This document shows positions 12,411-22,446 of a stretch of 64,000 nucleotides of DNA, in pieces (the stretch's first letter is position 1; each line of letters begins with the position of its first letter). A program made the position numbers and the translations under genes. The stretch lies in assembly GCA_965237955.1 (NCBI GenBank), contig OZ250169.1:7488001-7552000 (forward strand), given 5' to 3'. The stretch comes from Candidatus Marinacidobacterales bacterium (GTDB taxonomy: Bacteria > Acidobacteriota > Vicinamibacteria > Marinacidobacterales > SMYC01). Below the pieces are notes generated by a model. The model was not told the DNA's origin. It saw only the letters and a list, made by a program, of their open reading frames with translations, and did no database searches.

Positions 12411-13651
12411 AAAAAATCCTGATGGAGAAGTCCGGTGCGACCGATCTGCGCCCCGGCGAAATCGTGACCGTCGAGCCGGACCGCGTGATGTCTCACGATA
12501 ACACCGCGTTCATCATCAAGAAATTCATGCAAACCGGTTACTCGGAAGTGTGGGACCGGGAGAAGATCGCGATCATCTTCGACCACTGCGTCCCCGCGGA
12601 ATCCCCGGCACACGAGCAAAACCACCGCGAGGCGACAGCGTTTGCACTGGAGCACAGCCTTCCGCATTTCTTCGGCGCCGATGCGGGCGTCTCGCACCAG
12701 GTAATGATCGAGCAAGGACTGGTCCTGCCAGGGCAGCTGGTGCTCGGTGCGGATTCGCACTCGACGATCTACGGAGCGCTCAACGCGCTAGGCGCGCCGA
12801 TCAATCGAACCGAAATGGCAGGCATCTGGGCGACCGGCAGGATCTGGCTCAAGGTGCCGGAGACCATCGAGATTGAGCTCGTCGGAGAGTTGCAGCCCGG
12901 CGTGTATGCAAAAGACATCATCCTCAGAATCCTCGCCGAGCTGCGGGCGGATGGCGCGGTCTACAAGTGCATCGAGTTCACCGGTAGCGCGCTCGCCAAC
13001 CTGAGCATGGCGTCGCGGATGACGCTGACGAACATGGCGGTCGAGCTCGGGGCCAAAGCGGGCATCATGCCGTTCGACGAGAAAACAGAGAAGTACTTGC
13101 TCACTCGAGCTACCCGGTCTTACGCGCAAGTGTTTGCAGACGAGGACGCGACGTACAACGCGCGGCGGCGCATTGATGCGGCATCGCTGGAACCGCAAGT
13201 TGCATGCCCACACACGGTCGATAACGTCAAACCAATCTCCGATGTCGAGGGAATCGCCGTAAACGAAGCCTATCTGGGCAGTTGCACGAACGGCCGGCTG
13301 GAGGATCTGCAAGTTGCAGCCGATATTCTGCGCGGGCGCCGCGTCGCCCCGGGCGTGCGACTCTCGGTATATCCCGCGTCAGTCGCAGTGATGGAGGAGG
13401 CGCTCAGACTGGGCATTCTCGAGACACTAGAGAACGCGGGCGCGGCGATCAGGACGGCTTCGTGCGGGCCGTGTTTCGGGGCGGTCGGGGCGGTGCTGGA
13501 GGACGGCGGAGTCTGCATTTCCAGCTCGAACCGTAATTTCAGAGGTCGCATGGGCTCCAGAGAAGCGGCTATCTATCTGGCCAGTCCGGCCGTGGTCGCG
13601 GCCTCGTGCATTCAGGGCAGCATCGCAGATCCACGAAGGTACGCCCAATGA
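12392..13651 (+). CDS. Homoaconitase / isopropylmalate dehydratase large subunit
   Basis: FDHCVP, GADSHST, GSCTNGR, CGPCFG, SNRNFRGRMG. Confidence 0.92.
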   Translation: MPHTIVEKILMEKSGATDLRPGEIVTVEPDRVMSHDNTAFIIKKFMQTGYSEVWDREKIAIIFDHCVPAESPAHEQNHREATAFALEHSLPHFFGADAGVSHQVMIEQGLVLPGQLVLGADSHSTIYGALNALGAPINRTEMAGIWATGRIWLKVPETIEIELVGELQPGVYAKDIILRILAELRADGAVYKCIEFTGSALANLSMASRMTLTNMAVELGAKAGIMPFDEKTEKYLLTRATRSYAQVFADEDATYNARRRIDAASLEPQVACPHTVDNVKPISDVEGIAVNEAYLGSCTNGRLEDLQVAADILRGRRVAPGVRLSVYPASVAVMEEALRLGILETLENAGAAIRTASCGPCFGAVGAVLEDGGVCISSSNRNFRGRMGSREAAIYLASPAVVAASCIQGSIADPRRYAQ

Positions 13652-14154
13652 TTATTCGCGGCAGAACGCTGAAGTACGAAGAGGACGATATCAGCACCGA
13701 CGTCATTTGGCCTGGCAAGTACACCTACGTGCAGATGTCACCGGAGCGGATGATCGAGCACGCGATGGAAACTTTCGATCCGGCCTTCAGGACCAAAGTA
13801 AAACAATTCCAGATACTCGTCGTGGGCCGCAACTTCGGCTGCGGCTCTTCACGCGAGCAGGCGTGCGAGTGCTTGAAACACGCCGGCATCAAAGCCATCA
13901 TCGCGAAATCGTTCGCGCGTATCTTCTATCGCAACTCGGTCAACCTAGGGCTACCGGTCACCGAATCAGCGGCTGCATTCGCAGCGCTACATACTGGCGA
14001 CAAGGTCGAGATCGACTTGAGCGCCGGACGCATCGTCACCGACCGCGATTCGTTTAGCATCGCCCGGTATCCGGACGAAATAATGGAGTTGATCCGGCAC
14101 GATGGTCTGATTAACTACATACGCCATCAAGCCCGAGCGGCAAAGATATCGTGA
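13648..14154 (+). CDS. Homoaconitase / isopropylmalate dehydratase small subunit
   Basis: DISTDVIWPG, NFGCGSSREQA, SFARIFYRN. Confidence 0.92.
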   Translation: MIIRGRTLKYEEDDISTDVIWPGKYTYVQMSPERMIEHAMETFDPAFRTKVKQFQILVVGRNFGCGSSREQACECLKHAGIKAIIAKSFARIFYRNSVNLGLPVTESAAAFAALHTGDKVEIDLSAGRIVTDRDSFSIARYPDEIMELIRHDGLINYIRHQARAAKIS

Positions 14155-15122
14155 ACATCTGCGTGCTTCCGGGCGACGGCATCGGCCCCGAGGTGATCGG
14201 CCAGGCCGTCAAAGTACTGGAGGCAACCGGTCTCTCATGGGAATTCACCTACGGCGATATCGGCTTCGCTGCGTACCAGAAGCACGGCACTCCCTTACCT
14301 GACCAGACGCTCGCCAAAGTGGATGCGGCGGACGCCACTCTGTTCGGAGCGGTCACCACCCCACCGGGCATCCCCAACTACACGTCGCCGATCCTGCAGT
14401 TGCGCAAGCAATTTGATCTCTTCGCCAATCTGCGGCCTTCCCGCTGCGACGGCGTCGACCTCGCCATCGTGCGCGAGAATACAGAAGGGCTCTATTCGGG
14501 CGTCGAGCGCATCGAAGACGGAGGTGACCGAGTGATCGCAGAGCGGGTTGTCTCTCGGCGGGCGTCCGATCGCATCATCCGATACGCGTTCGAGTATGCA
14601 CGAGCAAAAGGATACGGCGAGGTCACCGTCGTGCACAAAGCAAACGTGTTGCGTCATAGCGACGGGTTGTTCTGCAGTGTAGCCCAGTCTGTGGCGACGG
14701 AGTATGTCGACATCGAGTTGAAGGAGATGCTCGTCGACAGCTGCGCGATGCAACTCGTCGTCGACCCCTCGCAGTTCCAAGTGTTGGTCACCACCAATCT
14801 GTTCGGTGACATTCTCAGCGACGTTGCGTGCGTTTGCGCCGGTGGTCTGGGGATGGCCGCTTCAGCGAACATCGGCGAAGCAACGGCGATCTTCGAGCCA
14901 GTGCACGGCTCAGCGCCCGACATCGTGGGAACGGGTAGAGCTAATCCGTTCGCAACCATCCGCTCCGCCGCGCTGATGTTGCGGTATCTACAATGTGAGA
15001 TAGAAGCGACCCGAATCGACGATGCGGTCGACCGCGCTGTGCAAAACCAACAGGTCACACCCGATCTAAACGGCGCGCTGACCACCGCAGAGGCGACCGA
15101 CACCGTAATCTCGTGCCTTTGA
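14151..15122 (+). CDS. Homoisocitrate / isopropylmalate dehydrogenase
   Basis: GDGIGPEV, ATLFGAVTTP, RENTEGLY, NLFGDILSD, EPVHGSAPDI. Confidence 0.9.
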   Translation: MNICVLPGDGIGPEVIGQAVKVLEATGLSWEFTYGDIGFAAYQKHGTPLPDQTLAKVDAADATLFGAVTTPPGIPNYTSPILQLRKQFDLFANLRPSRCDGVDLAIVRENTEGLYSGVERIEDGGDRVIAERVVSRRASDRIIRYAFEYARAKGYGEVTVVHKANVLRHSDGLFCSVAQSVATEYVDIELKEMLVDSCAMQLVVDPSQFQVLVTTNLFGDILSDVACVCAGGLGMAASANIGEATAIFEPVHGSAPDIVGTGRANPFATIRSAALMLRYLQCEIEATRIDDAVDRAVQNQQVTPDLNGALTTAEATDTVISCL

Positions 15123-15152
15123 TTTGCAGATCGCCAACGTCGAGGAAAGCGA

Positions 15153-16268
15153 CTACGACCGTTCGAGAATAAACGCTCCCGCCATGGCGCCGGCGGCGCA
15201 GATGCTCACAAGCCCGAGTTTTTGGTCGCGGCTCGAGAGCTCGTTCGCGAGCGTGGTCACGATGCGTCCTCCGGTCGCAGCCCACGGGTGGCCGATCGCG
15301 ATCGAGCTTCCGTTGACGTTGACCTTGTCCCAGTCGATGGCGCTCGTCGCCTTTCCTTTCCACCCCTGCTCCCAAGCGGCCGCGTTCGCGAGAACCTGCG
15401 CGCCGAAAGCTTCGTGGATCTCGATGAGGTTCATGTCCGAAAGCTCGAGCCCGCTTCGTGAAAGCGCCTGGGGAACCGCAATCGCTGGAGCCATCAACAG
15501 GCCCTCCGATGGGTCGTGCGCGGCAAAGGTCATCGTGCGGATGAACGCGAGCGGGTCACGCCCTTCGCGCTTCGCGCGGTCTTCACTCATGAGGAGCACC
15601 GCCGAAGCGCCATCCGTTACCGGCGAGGAGTTACCGGCGGTCAACGTTCCTTCGGGATCGAAAACCGGTTTCAATGCGGACAGAGCTTCGAGAGACGTCT
15701 CCGCGCGAGGACCCGAGTCGTGCTCGACGCCGAGAACGGGACAAATCTCCTTGGACAGCTTGTCGCGTGCAGCCACTGCGTTCTCGTGGCTCGCGAGCGC
15801 AATCTCGTCTTGCCTCGCTCTCGAGATGTTCCATTCTTTTCTCGTGAGCTCGGTATGCTGACCCATGCTGAGACCGGTCGACGGCTCATTGAAGGTGTTG
15901 GGGTCGGAGTGAGACAGCGAGTCGACGCCTCCGGCGATGCCGCACTCGATACGTCCGGCTTGGATGGCGTCGACGACGCTCGCGATCGTGCGCAAGCCGG
16001 TAATACAGTAGGAGGAAATCGTGTGCGCTTCGATCTCGCTCGGAAGTTGCTCTTCGAACACGAGCTCGCGCGCGAGGTTTGGCTTGCCCGGCTCGGCGAC
16101 GACGACGCCGTACACGAGAGAGTCGATCGACTCCGGCGCGATCTCGTGAGTTTCTAGAAGACCACGGACCGATTCCCGCGCGAGACGCAGCGGACCGAGA
16201 TCCTTGAACGCTTTTCCCGACTTGACGAACGGAGTCCTCATGCCCGCCACGACCGCAACCCGGTTCAT
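15153..16268 (-). CDS. Acetyl-CoA C-acyltransferase (thiolase, FadI-like)
   Basis: RTPF, SSYCITG, AGNSSPVTDGA, HEAF, GHPWAATG, SICAAG. Confidence 0.9.
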   Translation of the reverse strand: MNRVAVVAGMRTPFVKSGKAFKDLGPLRLARESVRGLLETHEIAPESIDSLVYGVVVAEPGKPNLARELVFEEQLPSEIEAHTISSYCITGLRTIASVVDAIQAGRIECGIAGGVDSLSHSDPNTFNEPSTGLSMGQHTELTRKEWNISRARQDEIALASHENAVAARDKLSKEICPVLGVEHDSGPRAETSLEALSALKPVFDPEGTLTAGNSSPVTDGASAVLLMSEDRAKREGRDPLAFIRTMTFAAHDPSEGLLMAPAIAVPQALSRSGLELSDMNLIEIHEAFGAQVLANAAAWEQGWKGKATSAIDWDKVNVNGSSIAIGHPWAATGGRIVTTLANELSSRDQKLGLVSICAAGAMAGAFILERS

Positions 16269-16290
16269 GTTGCCTCCCTTTCTGGGTCCG

Positions 16291-17627
16291 TCACACGTGC
16301 TGGGGTTTCTTGCCGGCGCGCACCTGCTCCAGGTAACGGCTCAAGTAAGACACCCCATCCGTCAGCAACGGACAATTCCGGCGCACGAAATCCGGCGCAC
16401 GAAATCTTCCCGCTCGCTCGGCGTCGACGGACGCCGGCGCCGCCAATCCGCGAGCGCTTTCGTCCCGTCGTAGTCGACGTAGCTGCAGCGAAACGCGATC
16501 TCGGCATCGTCCAAGAGCAGCGCGTTTCCGGGAAGCATCGCGGCATGCTCGACGTGGAGGACATGCTCGGCAACTTCGGGACTCGAGCTCAACCCGATGC
16601 TTCTGAAGCTCTCCTGCTCACGGCTCCAGTCGACGAAAAGGTAGAACGCGCCCTCCGGTGCCCGTGTGTCAGAACCGCCGGCACAAAAAAGCGTTGACAC
16701 TTCCTTCCCGACGAGCGCGTTGACCGCGGCGCAGTCTCGAACGTGGGTCTCGACGCCCTCTTCCAGCGAGTAGGCCTTCACCGCCGCATGTTGGAGCGGC
16801 GCGGCGACACAAGAGTACGTCGACCCCGCGATTTTCAGAACGCTCGCGAGAAGGCCGTCCTCCCCGGCCGGGAACACGCCGACGCCGACTCGATATCCGC
16901 CCGCGGATCGATCCTTCGAAAGCCCTCCGGTGACGACCGTGCCTTCAGGATAGACGGCGCCCATGCTGGTGAAGCGTGTCTGGTCGAACGCAGTCAGCGC
17001 GTAGATCTCGTCCGCGATGACGATAATCCCGTGCTCACGGCAAGTCTCGGCCAGCGCTTCGAGCTCGGCTCGCTCGTAGACGGCACCGGTGGGATTGTGC
17101 GGATGATTCAGAATCAAGATGGATTGTTCGACGTTCGCGCGGGCAGTGCCGTCGCGCAGCAGTTCGGGCGTCAGTTTGAAGCCGGTATCGGCTCGGAGCC
17201 GAAGAGGCACGACGTCTTTCTTGAGAATCCGCGCCTGCGGCATGTAGCTCACCCACGACGGGACCGGTACGAGAACCGTGCCTTCGAGCGCCGACAAGAG
17301 AATCGAGATCATCTCCTTACTGCCCGGACTGACGACGATGCGCTCGGGCGACGTGTCGAGCCGGAAGTGGTGCCGGTAGTATCGAGCTACCGTTTCACGG
17401 AGCGCCGGAAGTCCGGCGGTGGGCAGATACGAGTGCTCGTGGGCGTGCGCTTTGAGCGCTTCGACAACACTCGGTGGCGGGGCGAAGGGCGACTGTCCGA
17501 ACGCAAAGTGATGGTAGGGTCGATCACAACCCATGCTCCGACAATCTTCTCGATAGCGCTTTATCTGATCGTTGATACGCAGGTTGGCTGGTATCTCGAC
17601 ACCGTCCAGATGGGCTTCGGTAATCAC
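16291..17627 (-). CDS. Class I/II PLP aminotransferase; C-terminus frameshifted by a 14-bp duplication
   Basis: NHPHNPTG, ADEIY, GLSK..GYRVG; present ORF stops at 16362, restored frame stops at 16291. Confidence 0.85.
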
Positions 17628-17630
17628 ACA

Positions 17631-19595
17631 CTAGCTCCCATCGGCGTAGTCTGCTCGGAGACGTCGCCGCATGATCTTGTTGGATGCCGTGCGCGGAAGG
17701 AACTCCACGGTGACGACGTCGTGAATCTTGAAGAGTGGATTCAACTGCTTGGCGATCCTCTTACCTAGCGCCTTCTTCAGATTTTCGTCGGAGACATCAT
17801 TAAGCACGACAACGACGTAGACGACGAGCCGGTCAGCGCCCCCGCCCGCGGCCTGCACCGAGACCGCCGCGCTTTCTCTGACCGAGGGGTGCTCGTTCAC
17901 CACGCGCTCGAGCTCGATCGAGCTCACTTTGATACCGCCTAGATTCATGGTGTCGTCGGCACGGCCTCGAGCTTTGAAGTAGCCTTTTCCGAGCCGTGCT
18001 ATTTGATCGCCATGGCGTCGTAGCACCTCGCCCTTCGGTCCGGGCGGGCAGTCGTCGTAGTAAACGGTGTCGTGGTCGCGGTTCAGGAGCTCTTGCGACG
18101 AACCGAGCGCAGGCGGCACGAGAAACATCTCGCCCATCGCGCCTTCGGGAACGCTCCTCCCCTGTTCGTCGAGGATTACGACATCGATACCGAGGGCCGG
18201 CGTGGTGAACGCCGCTGGCGAAGCGGGCTGCAACACCGTCCCCGTCAAATGGCCTCCGCCGATCTCTGTACCGCCCAGATATTCGATCACCGGCGCGCGG
18301 TAGTCGGCGCGACTCATGAGCCAGAGATAGTCTTCCGCGCTCGATGCTTCGCCCGTCGAGGTGAAGACACGCACATTGGACCACGCACCAGCGTCGATCG
18401 ATTCCGCCGCTCGCCAGGCACGCACGATCGACGGAACCACGCCCAATACCGACACCGCCGAGCCGCGCACGAAGCCGGTGAACCCCGCGCCGGTGGGAAC
18501 GCCTTCGTAAAGAGCCATCGTCGCACCGTTCACGAACGACGCGTAGACCAGCCACGGCCCCATCATCCATCCGATGTTCGTCGGCCAGCACACGACATCG
18601 GTCGGATGAACATCCTGATGGAAGTGCGCATCCATCGCGGCCTTGATCGGTGTGAGCTGGGTCCACGGGATCGCCTTCGGCGTTCCCGTCGTGCCCGAGG
18701 AAAACAGAACGTTGGTCACGCGATACGGATTGGCGACGAAGCTCGGGCCGCTCCCGTCGTCTTTCAGAAAATGGTCCCAGGCGACATCCTGATTCTCGAG
18801 CTCGCGTGGGTCGACAACAACGACGAACGGTGGATCGTCGAACATCGCTACCGCGTCACGTACTTTCCGGTAGAGCTCGATAACGCGCTCGCCGCGGCGG
18901 TAGGTCGACACGGTGACGATTGCCCGGGCGCCGACGATGTCGATACGGCCGTGAAGCTCCTCGGACGAGAAACTATCGGCGACCGACACGACTCGACAGC
19001 CCGCTCGGACCGTTCCCAAATACGCGATGACACACTCGGGCGTCATCGGCATGTAGAGAGCAACGCCGTCGCTGGATCGGAAGCCGCGGGCACGGAGACC
19101 TTCTGCAAAGCGATCGACTTCCCTTTCGAGCTGTTCGTAGCTGAGACTCTCGAGTGAGTTGTCATCACGACCGAAAACGATTGCCGTCTTTTCGCGAGGC
19201 GCGGTGAAGCAGCTTCGCGTGATATCGAGCTCCGCTCCCGGAAGCCAGCGCGGATGCTTCACGCCGTTGTCGAGATCGAGGATCCGCTGCGGCTCTTTTT
19301 CGAAGACGATCTCGAGCCGCACGAGGACCCGCGACCAAAACGCTTCCGGCTCGTCCACGCTGAATCGATGGAGAGCTTCGTAGCTTTGGAGACCCAACGC
19401 GGTTTGGAGCTCGAACAGGTTCGATTGGGCTCGCACCTGGTCGTCGGGCTCCCACGCGATCGGTGGACCGTCGTCAGGAGCGCGATGTCGGTAGGCGTCT
19501 TGAAAGGATTCCCAATGTTCCGAGAAAGAAGGTCGTTCCCCCCGCTGAACGGCTCCCACGAATCGGCGCCATGGGCCTTCGCTCGCCACTCCCAT
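17631..19595 (-). CDS. AMP-forming acyl-CoA synthetase (acetate-CoA ligase-like)
   Basis: LFSSGTTGTPK, GGTEIGG, GRADD, PRTASNK; start set at MGVASEG. Confidence 0.9.
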   Translation of the reverse strand: MGVASEGPWRRFVGAVQRGERPSFSEHWESFQDAYRHRAPDDGPPIAWEPDDQVRAQSNLFELQTALGLQSYEALHRFSVDEPEAFWSRVLVRLEIVFEKEPQRILDLDNGVKHPRWLPGAELDITRSCFTAPREKTAIVFGRDDNSLESLSYEQLEREVDRFAEGLRARGFRSSDGVALYMPMTPECVIAYLGTVRAGCRVVSVADSFSSEELHGRIDIVGARAIVTVSTYRRGERVIELYRKVRDAVAMFDDPPFVVVVDPRELENQDVAWDHFLKDDGSGPSFVANPYRVTNVLFSSGTTGTPKAIPWTQLTPIKAAMDAHFHQDVHPTDVVCWPTNIGWMMGPWLVYASFVNGATMALYEGVPTGAGFTGFVRGSAVSVLGVVPSIVRAWRAAESIDAGAWSNVRVFTSTGEASSAEDYLWLMSRADYRAPVIEYLGGTEIGGGHLTGTVLQPASPAAFTTPALGIDVVILDEQGRSVPEGAMGEMFLVPPALGSSQELLNRDHDTVYYDDCPPGPKGEVLRRHGDQIARLGKGYFKARGRADDTMNLGGIKVSSIELERVVNEHPSVRESAAVSVQAAGGGADRLVVYVVVVLNDVSDENLKKALGKRIAKQLNPLFKIHDVVTVEFLPRTASNKIMRRRLRADYADGS

Positions 19596-19661
19596 CAATG
19601 CCTCCGTAACGGCCCATCTTACACGGTGCCTTGCGCCGGAGTGGTACAGTACTTCACTATC

Positions 19662-21053
19662 ATGGCTGAACAAGCTGAGCAGCGGTCCTACGACGCGATC
19701 GTGGTCGGGACGGGTCAGGCCGCTAAGCCGCTCGCGAAGAGCCTCGGCAAGTCCGGCATGCGCACCGCGATCGTCGAGCGTGACGACCAGGTCGGTGGGA
19801 GCTGCATCGTGTACGGATGCACCCCGACAAAAACGATGGTCGCGAGCGCGCGTGTCGCACATCTCGTCAACCGGGCGGGCGATTACGGCGTTCGCACCGG
19901 AGCCGTCTCCGTCAATCTCGCCAAGGTGCGCGAGCGCAAGCGCGCGATCGTGGATCTGTTCAGCGGCGGCAGCAGGAAGGGACTCGAGCGCCAAGAGAAC
20001 GTCGATTTGATTTTCGGGGAAGCCAGCTTCGTAGGGCCGCACACGATGCGCGTCGGGGACGACCTCGAGTTGGAAGCGAGCAAGATCTTCCTCAACACCG
20101 GCACGCGCCCTGCCATTCCCCCGGTACAAGGTCTGTCCGACATTCTGTTTTTGACCTCGGGCTCGCTCATGGAGCTCGCCGATGTGCCCGAGCATCTCCT
20201 CATTCTCGGTGGCGGCTACATCGGCGTCGAGTTCAGCCAGATGTTTCGGCGATTCGGAGCCCGCGTCACCATCATCCAGCGTGCCGAGCGACTCCTTCCC
20301 CGCGAGGATTTCGACGTGTGCGACGCGATCCTCGAGATCCTGCGCGAGGACGGCGTCGAAGTGATGTTATCGTCGACGCTGAAGCGCGTTGCCCGAGACG
20401 GTGAAGGCGCCACCTCGGCTACGATTACGAGCCCCGCGGGCGAACAAGAGATAGAAGTCTCCGAGCTTCTCATCGCCGCCGGTCGCACGCCCAACGCGGA
20501 CCGCTTGAACCTGTCGGCTGCCGGCGTCGATGTCGATGATCGCGGTTTCATTCCCGTGAACGAGCGGCTCGAGACCAACGTGGATGGCATCTGGGCACTC
20601 GGCGACGTTACCGGTGGTCCCGCGTTCACCCACATTTCGTACGATGACTACCGCATCGTCGAAGCGAACGTCCTTCGAGGTGAGAGCCGAACGACGGCAG
20701 GACGCCTCATCCCCTATACGGTGTTCATGGATCCGGAGCTCGGTCGGGTGGGTCTCACCGAGCGCGAAGCCAAGGAGCAAGGGATCGAGCATGTGGTTGC
20801 AACGCTTCCTATGACCCACGTCGCGCGAGCGCTCGAAACCGACGAGACCCGGGGTTTCATGAAGGCGCTCGTCGCCCCCGACTCCGGCAAGATACTCGGG
20901 TGCGCGATACTGGGCGTCGCCGGCGGTGAGATCATGTCCGTCCTTCAAGTCGCGATGGCGGGTGGTCTTCCTTATACCGCGATCCGAGACGGCGTGTTTG
21001 CCCATCCTACGTTTTCGGAGTCGCTCAATAACTTGTTTATGCGGATCGAGTGA
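19662..21053 (+). CDS. Pyridine nucleotide-disulfide oxidoreductase, RclA/MerA-like without C-terminal Cys pair
   Basis: GGSCIVYGCTPTK, GGGYIG, GDVTGG, HPT; no MerA terminal CC. Confidence 0.88.
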   Translation: MAEQAEQRSYDAIVVGTGQAAKPLAKSLGKSGMRTAIVERDDQVGGSCIVYGCTPTKTMVASARVAHLVNRAGDYGVRTGAVSVNLAKVRERKRAIVDLFSGGSRKGLERQENVDLIFGEASFVGPHTMRVGDDLELEASKIFLNTGTRPAIPPVQGLSDILFLTSGSLMELADVPEHLLILGGGYIGVEFSQMFRRFGARVTIIQRAERLLPREDFDVCDAILEILREDGVEVMLSSTLKRVARDGEGATSATITSPAGEQEIEVSELLIAAGRTPNADRLNLSAAGVDVDDRGFIPVNERLETNVDGIWALGDVTGGPAFTHISYDDYRIVEANVLRGESRTTAGRLIPYTVFMDPELGRVGLTEREAKEQGIEHVVATLPMTHVARALETDETRGFMKALVAPDSGKILGCAILGVAGGEIMSVLQVAMAGGLPYTAIRDGVFAHPTFSESLNNLFMRIE

Positions 21054-21146
21054 ACAGGTATACCGACTACTTGTGAACGGCGCCATAGACGCCCGTCGTC
21101 GCTTGCCTGATTATCGAGATTATGAAGATAACGGGCTTGCGTCATA

Positions 21147-21743
21147 ATGGAGCCGATCGTGAGCGAGGCCACAGTACGCGACCCGGATCTGCGCGTGCTT
21201 ATGGTCGCCTACCAGGCGGGCGAGCTCGCCGCATTCGACGAGCTTTATGCTCTGCTCGCACCCAAGCTGCGCGGCTACCTGTCCTCACTCACCTGGAACC
21301 CGTCGCTGGCCGAAGACCTTCTGCAAGAAACGTTTCTCCAGATCCACCGCTCACGGCGCACCTACATGCCTTTACGACCGGTGCAACCCTGGGCCTTCGC
21401 TATCGCGCGTCATGTGTTTCTGATGGACCGGAGAGCAACGGCACGCCGGTCGAAGTTCGAGAGCGGACAGCTCGACGAGCTCCCGGAGATTCCGGTGCCC
21501 ACTTCCATCGAGCAGCTAGGGACTCGCGCCGACGTGCGGAAGGCATTGGGATGTCTCGCGGACGATCGGCGCGAGGCAGTGCTGCTCCATCACGTTTGGG
21601 GCTTCAGCTTCGGGGAAATCGGCGCCATGCTCGGCATCCGCGAAGGGACCGCGAAGCTGAGGGCGTATCGCGCCATCAACACGTTGCGGGAGATGCTCTC
21701 GAGAGAGACCGCGAGCGAAGGAGGCACTCATGATTCACGATAG
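21147..21743 (+). CDS. ECF sigma factor, SigF/ECF16-like
   Basis: AEDLLQETFLQIHRSRRTY..PWAFAIARH, region 4 HTH; coupled to an NrsF-like gene. Confidence 0.9.
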   Translation: MEPIVSEATVRDPDLRVLMVAYQAGELAAFDELYALLAPKLRGYLSSLTWNPSLAEDLLQETFLQIHRSRRTYMPLRPVQPWAFAIARHVFLMDRRATARRSKFESGQLDELPEIPVPTSIEQLGTRADVRKALGCLADDRREAVLLHHVWGFSFGEIGAMLGIREGTAKLRAYRAINTLREMLSRETASEGGTHDSR

Positions 21744-22404
21744 CTCCTTCGAGCGCGTCCGGGACGAAGTGTCCAAGAACCTCGAGCCGGTGACGGCACT
21801 CCGGCCGGCGTGGATGAGCGCTCTCGTCGCGATCCCCGTCGCCCTGTTCTTGCTGAGCCTCGTGCTCGTGGTCTACGGGCTGAGGAGTGATGCCGCCTCG
21901 ATCGGAGCCTGGGCGCTGTGGGGACCGGCGAGCTTGATGGTGGCGGCGGCCTATGCAGTCCTCGTGCTCGCACTCGTTCAGCGGGCGCCCGAATCGACGG
22001 TGAGAGCGGTGTGGTGGATCGCGCTCCCGCTGTTGGCGATCGCTATTCAGCTAGGCGGCGCGTACTGGACCCTTGCCTATAGCGGGCCGCCTGTGGCCGT
22101 GAGCTGGCAGACCGAGGCTATGTGTTTTTGGCGCATCTCGGCTCTCGGGGTGCCGTCGGTGCTCCTGGTCTTGTGGCTTCTGTCGCGCGGCTTGCCGCTT
22201 CGGCCCAAGGTCGCCGGTCTTCTCGCCGGTATCGGAGGCGGACTCTTGTCGGAAGGTGTTTACCGTCTCCATTGCGGGATGTCGCACCCAACGCACATCG
22301 TGCCCTGGCACACCGGTGCGATCCTCGTCATGGGCCTTCTTGGCCTTATCGCCGGCATGTGGTGGGAGCGCCGTCAGCTTCAAAGCTGGCAAGAGCAGAG
22401 CTAA
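21730..22404 (+). CDS. NrsF/DUF1109-like membrane anti-sigma factor
   Basis: Multiple TM helices, two Cys (AMCF, RLHC..WH); overlaps sigma gene. Confidence 0.78.
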   Translation: MIHDSSFERVRDEVSKNLEPVTALRPAWMSALVAIPVALFLLSLVLVVYGLRSDAASIGAWALWGPASLMVAAAYAVLVLALVQRAPESTVRAVWWIALPLLAIAIQLGGAYWTLAYSGPPVAVSWQTEAMCFWRISALGVPSVLLVLWLLSRGLPLRPKVAGLLAGIGGGLLSEGVYRLHCGMSHPTHIVPWHTGAILVMGLLGLIAGMWWERRQLQSWQEQS

Positions 22405-22446
22405 AGTCGGCAGAGTGCTAGAATCCTTCTCGTGGGAGGGGTTGCC

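Noticed and set aside
11226-15122. Canonical leuABCD operon
   Set aside because: Synthase has REGEQ and lacks the regulatory domain, and the dehydrogenase resembles HICDH; not fully excluded without phylogeny
19254-20195. Apparent long overlap of the 854-aa and 599-aa ORFs
   Set aside because: Starts over-extended; true starts near 19595 (-) and 19662 (+) are divergent and do not overlap
19662-21053. Mercuric reductase MerA
   Set aside because: No C-terminal Cys pair, no NmerA domain, no mer genes nearby
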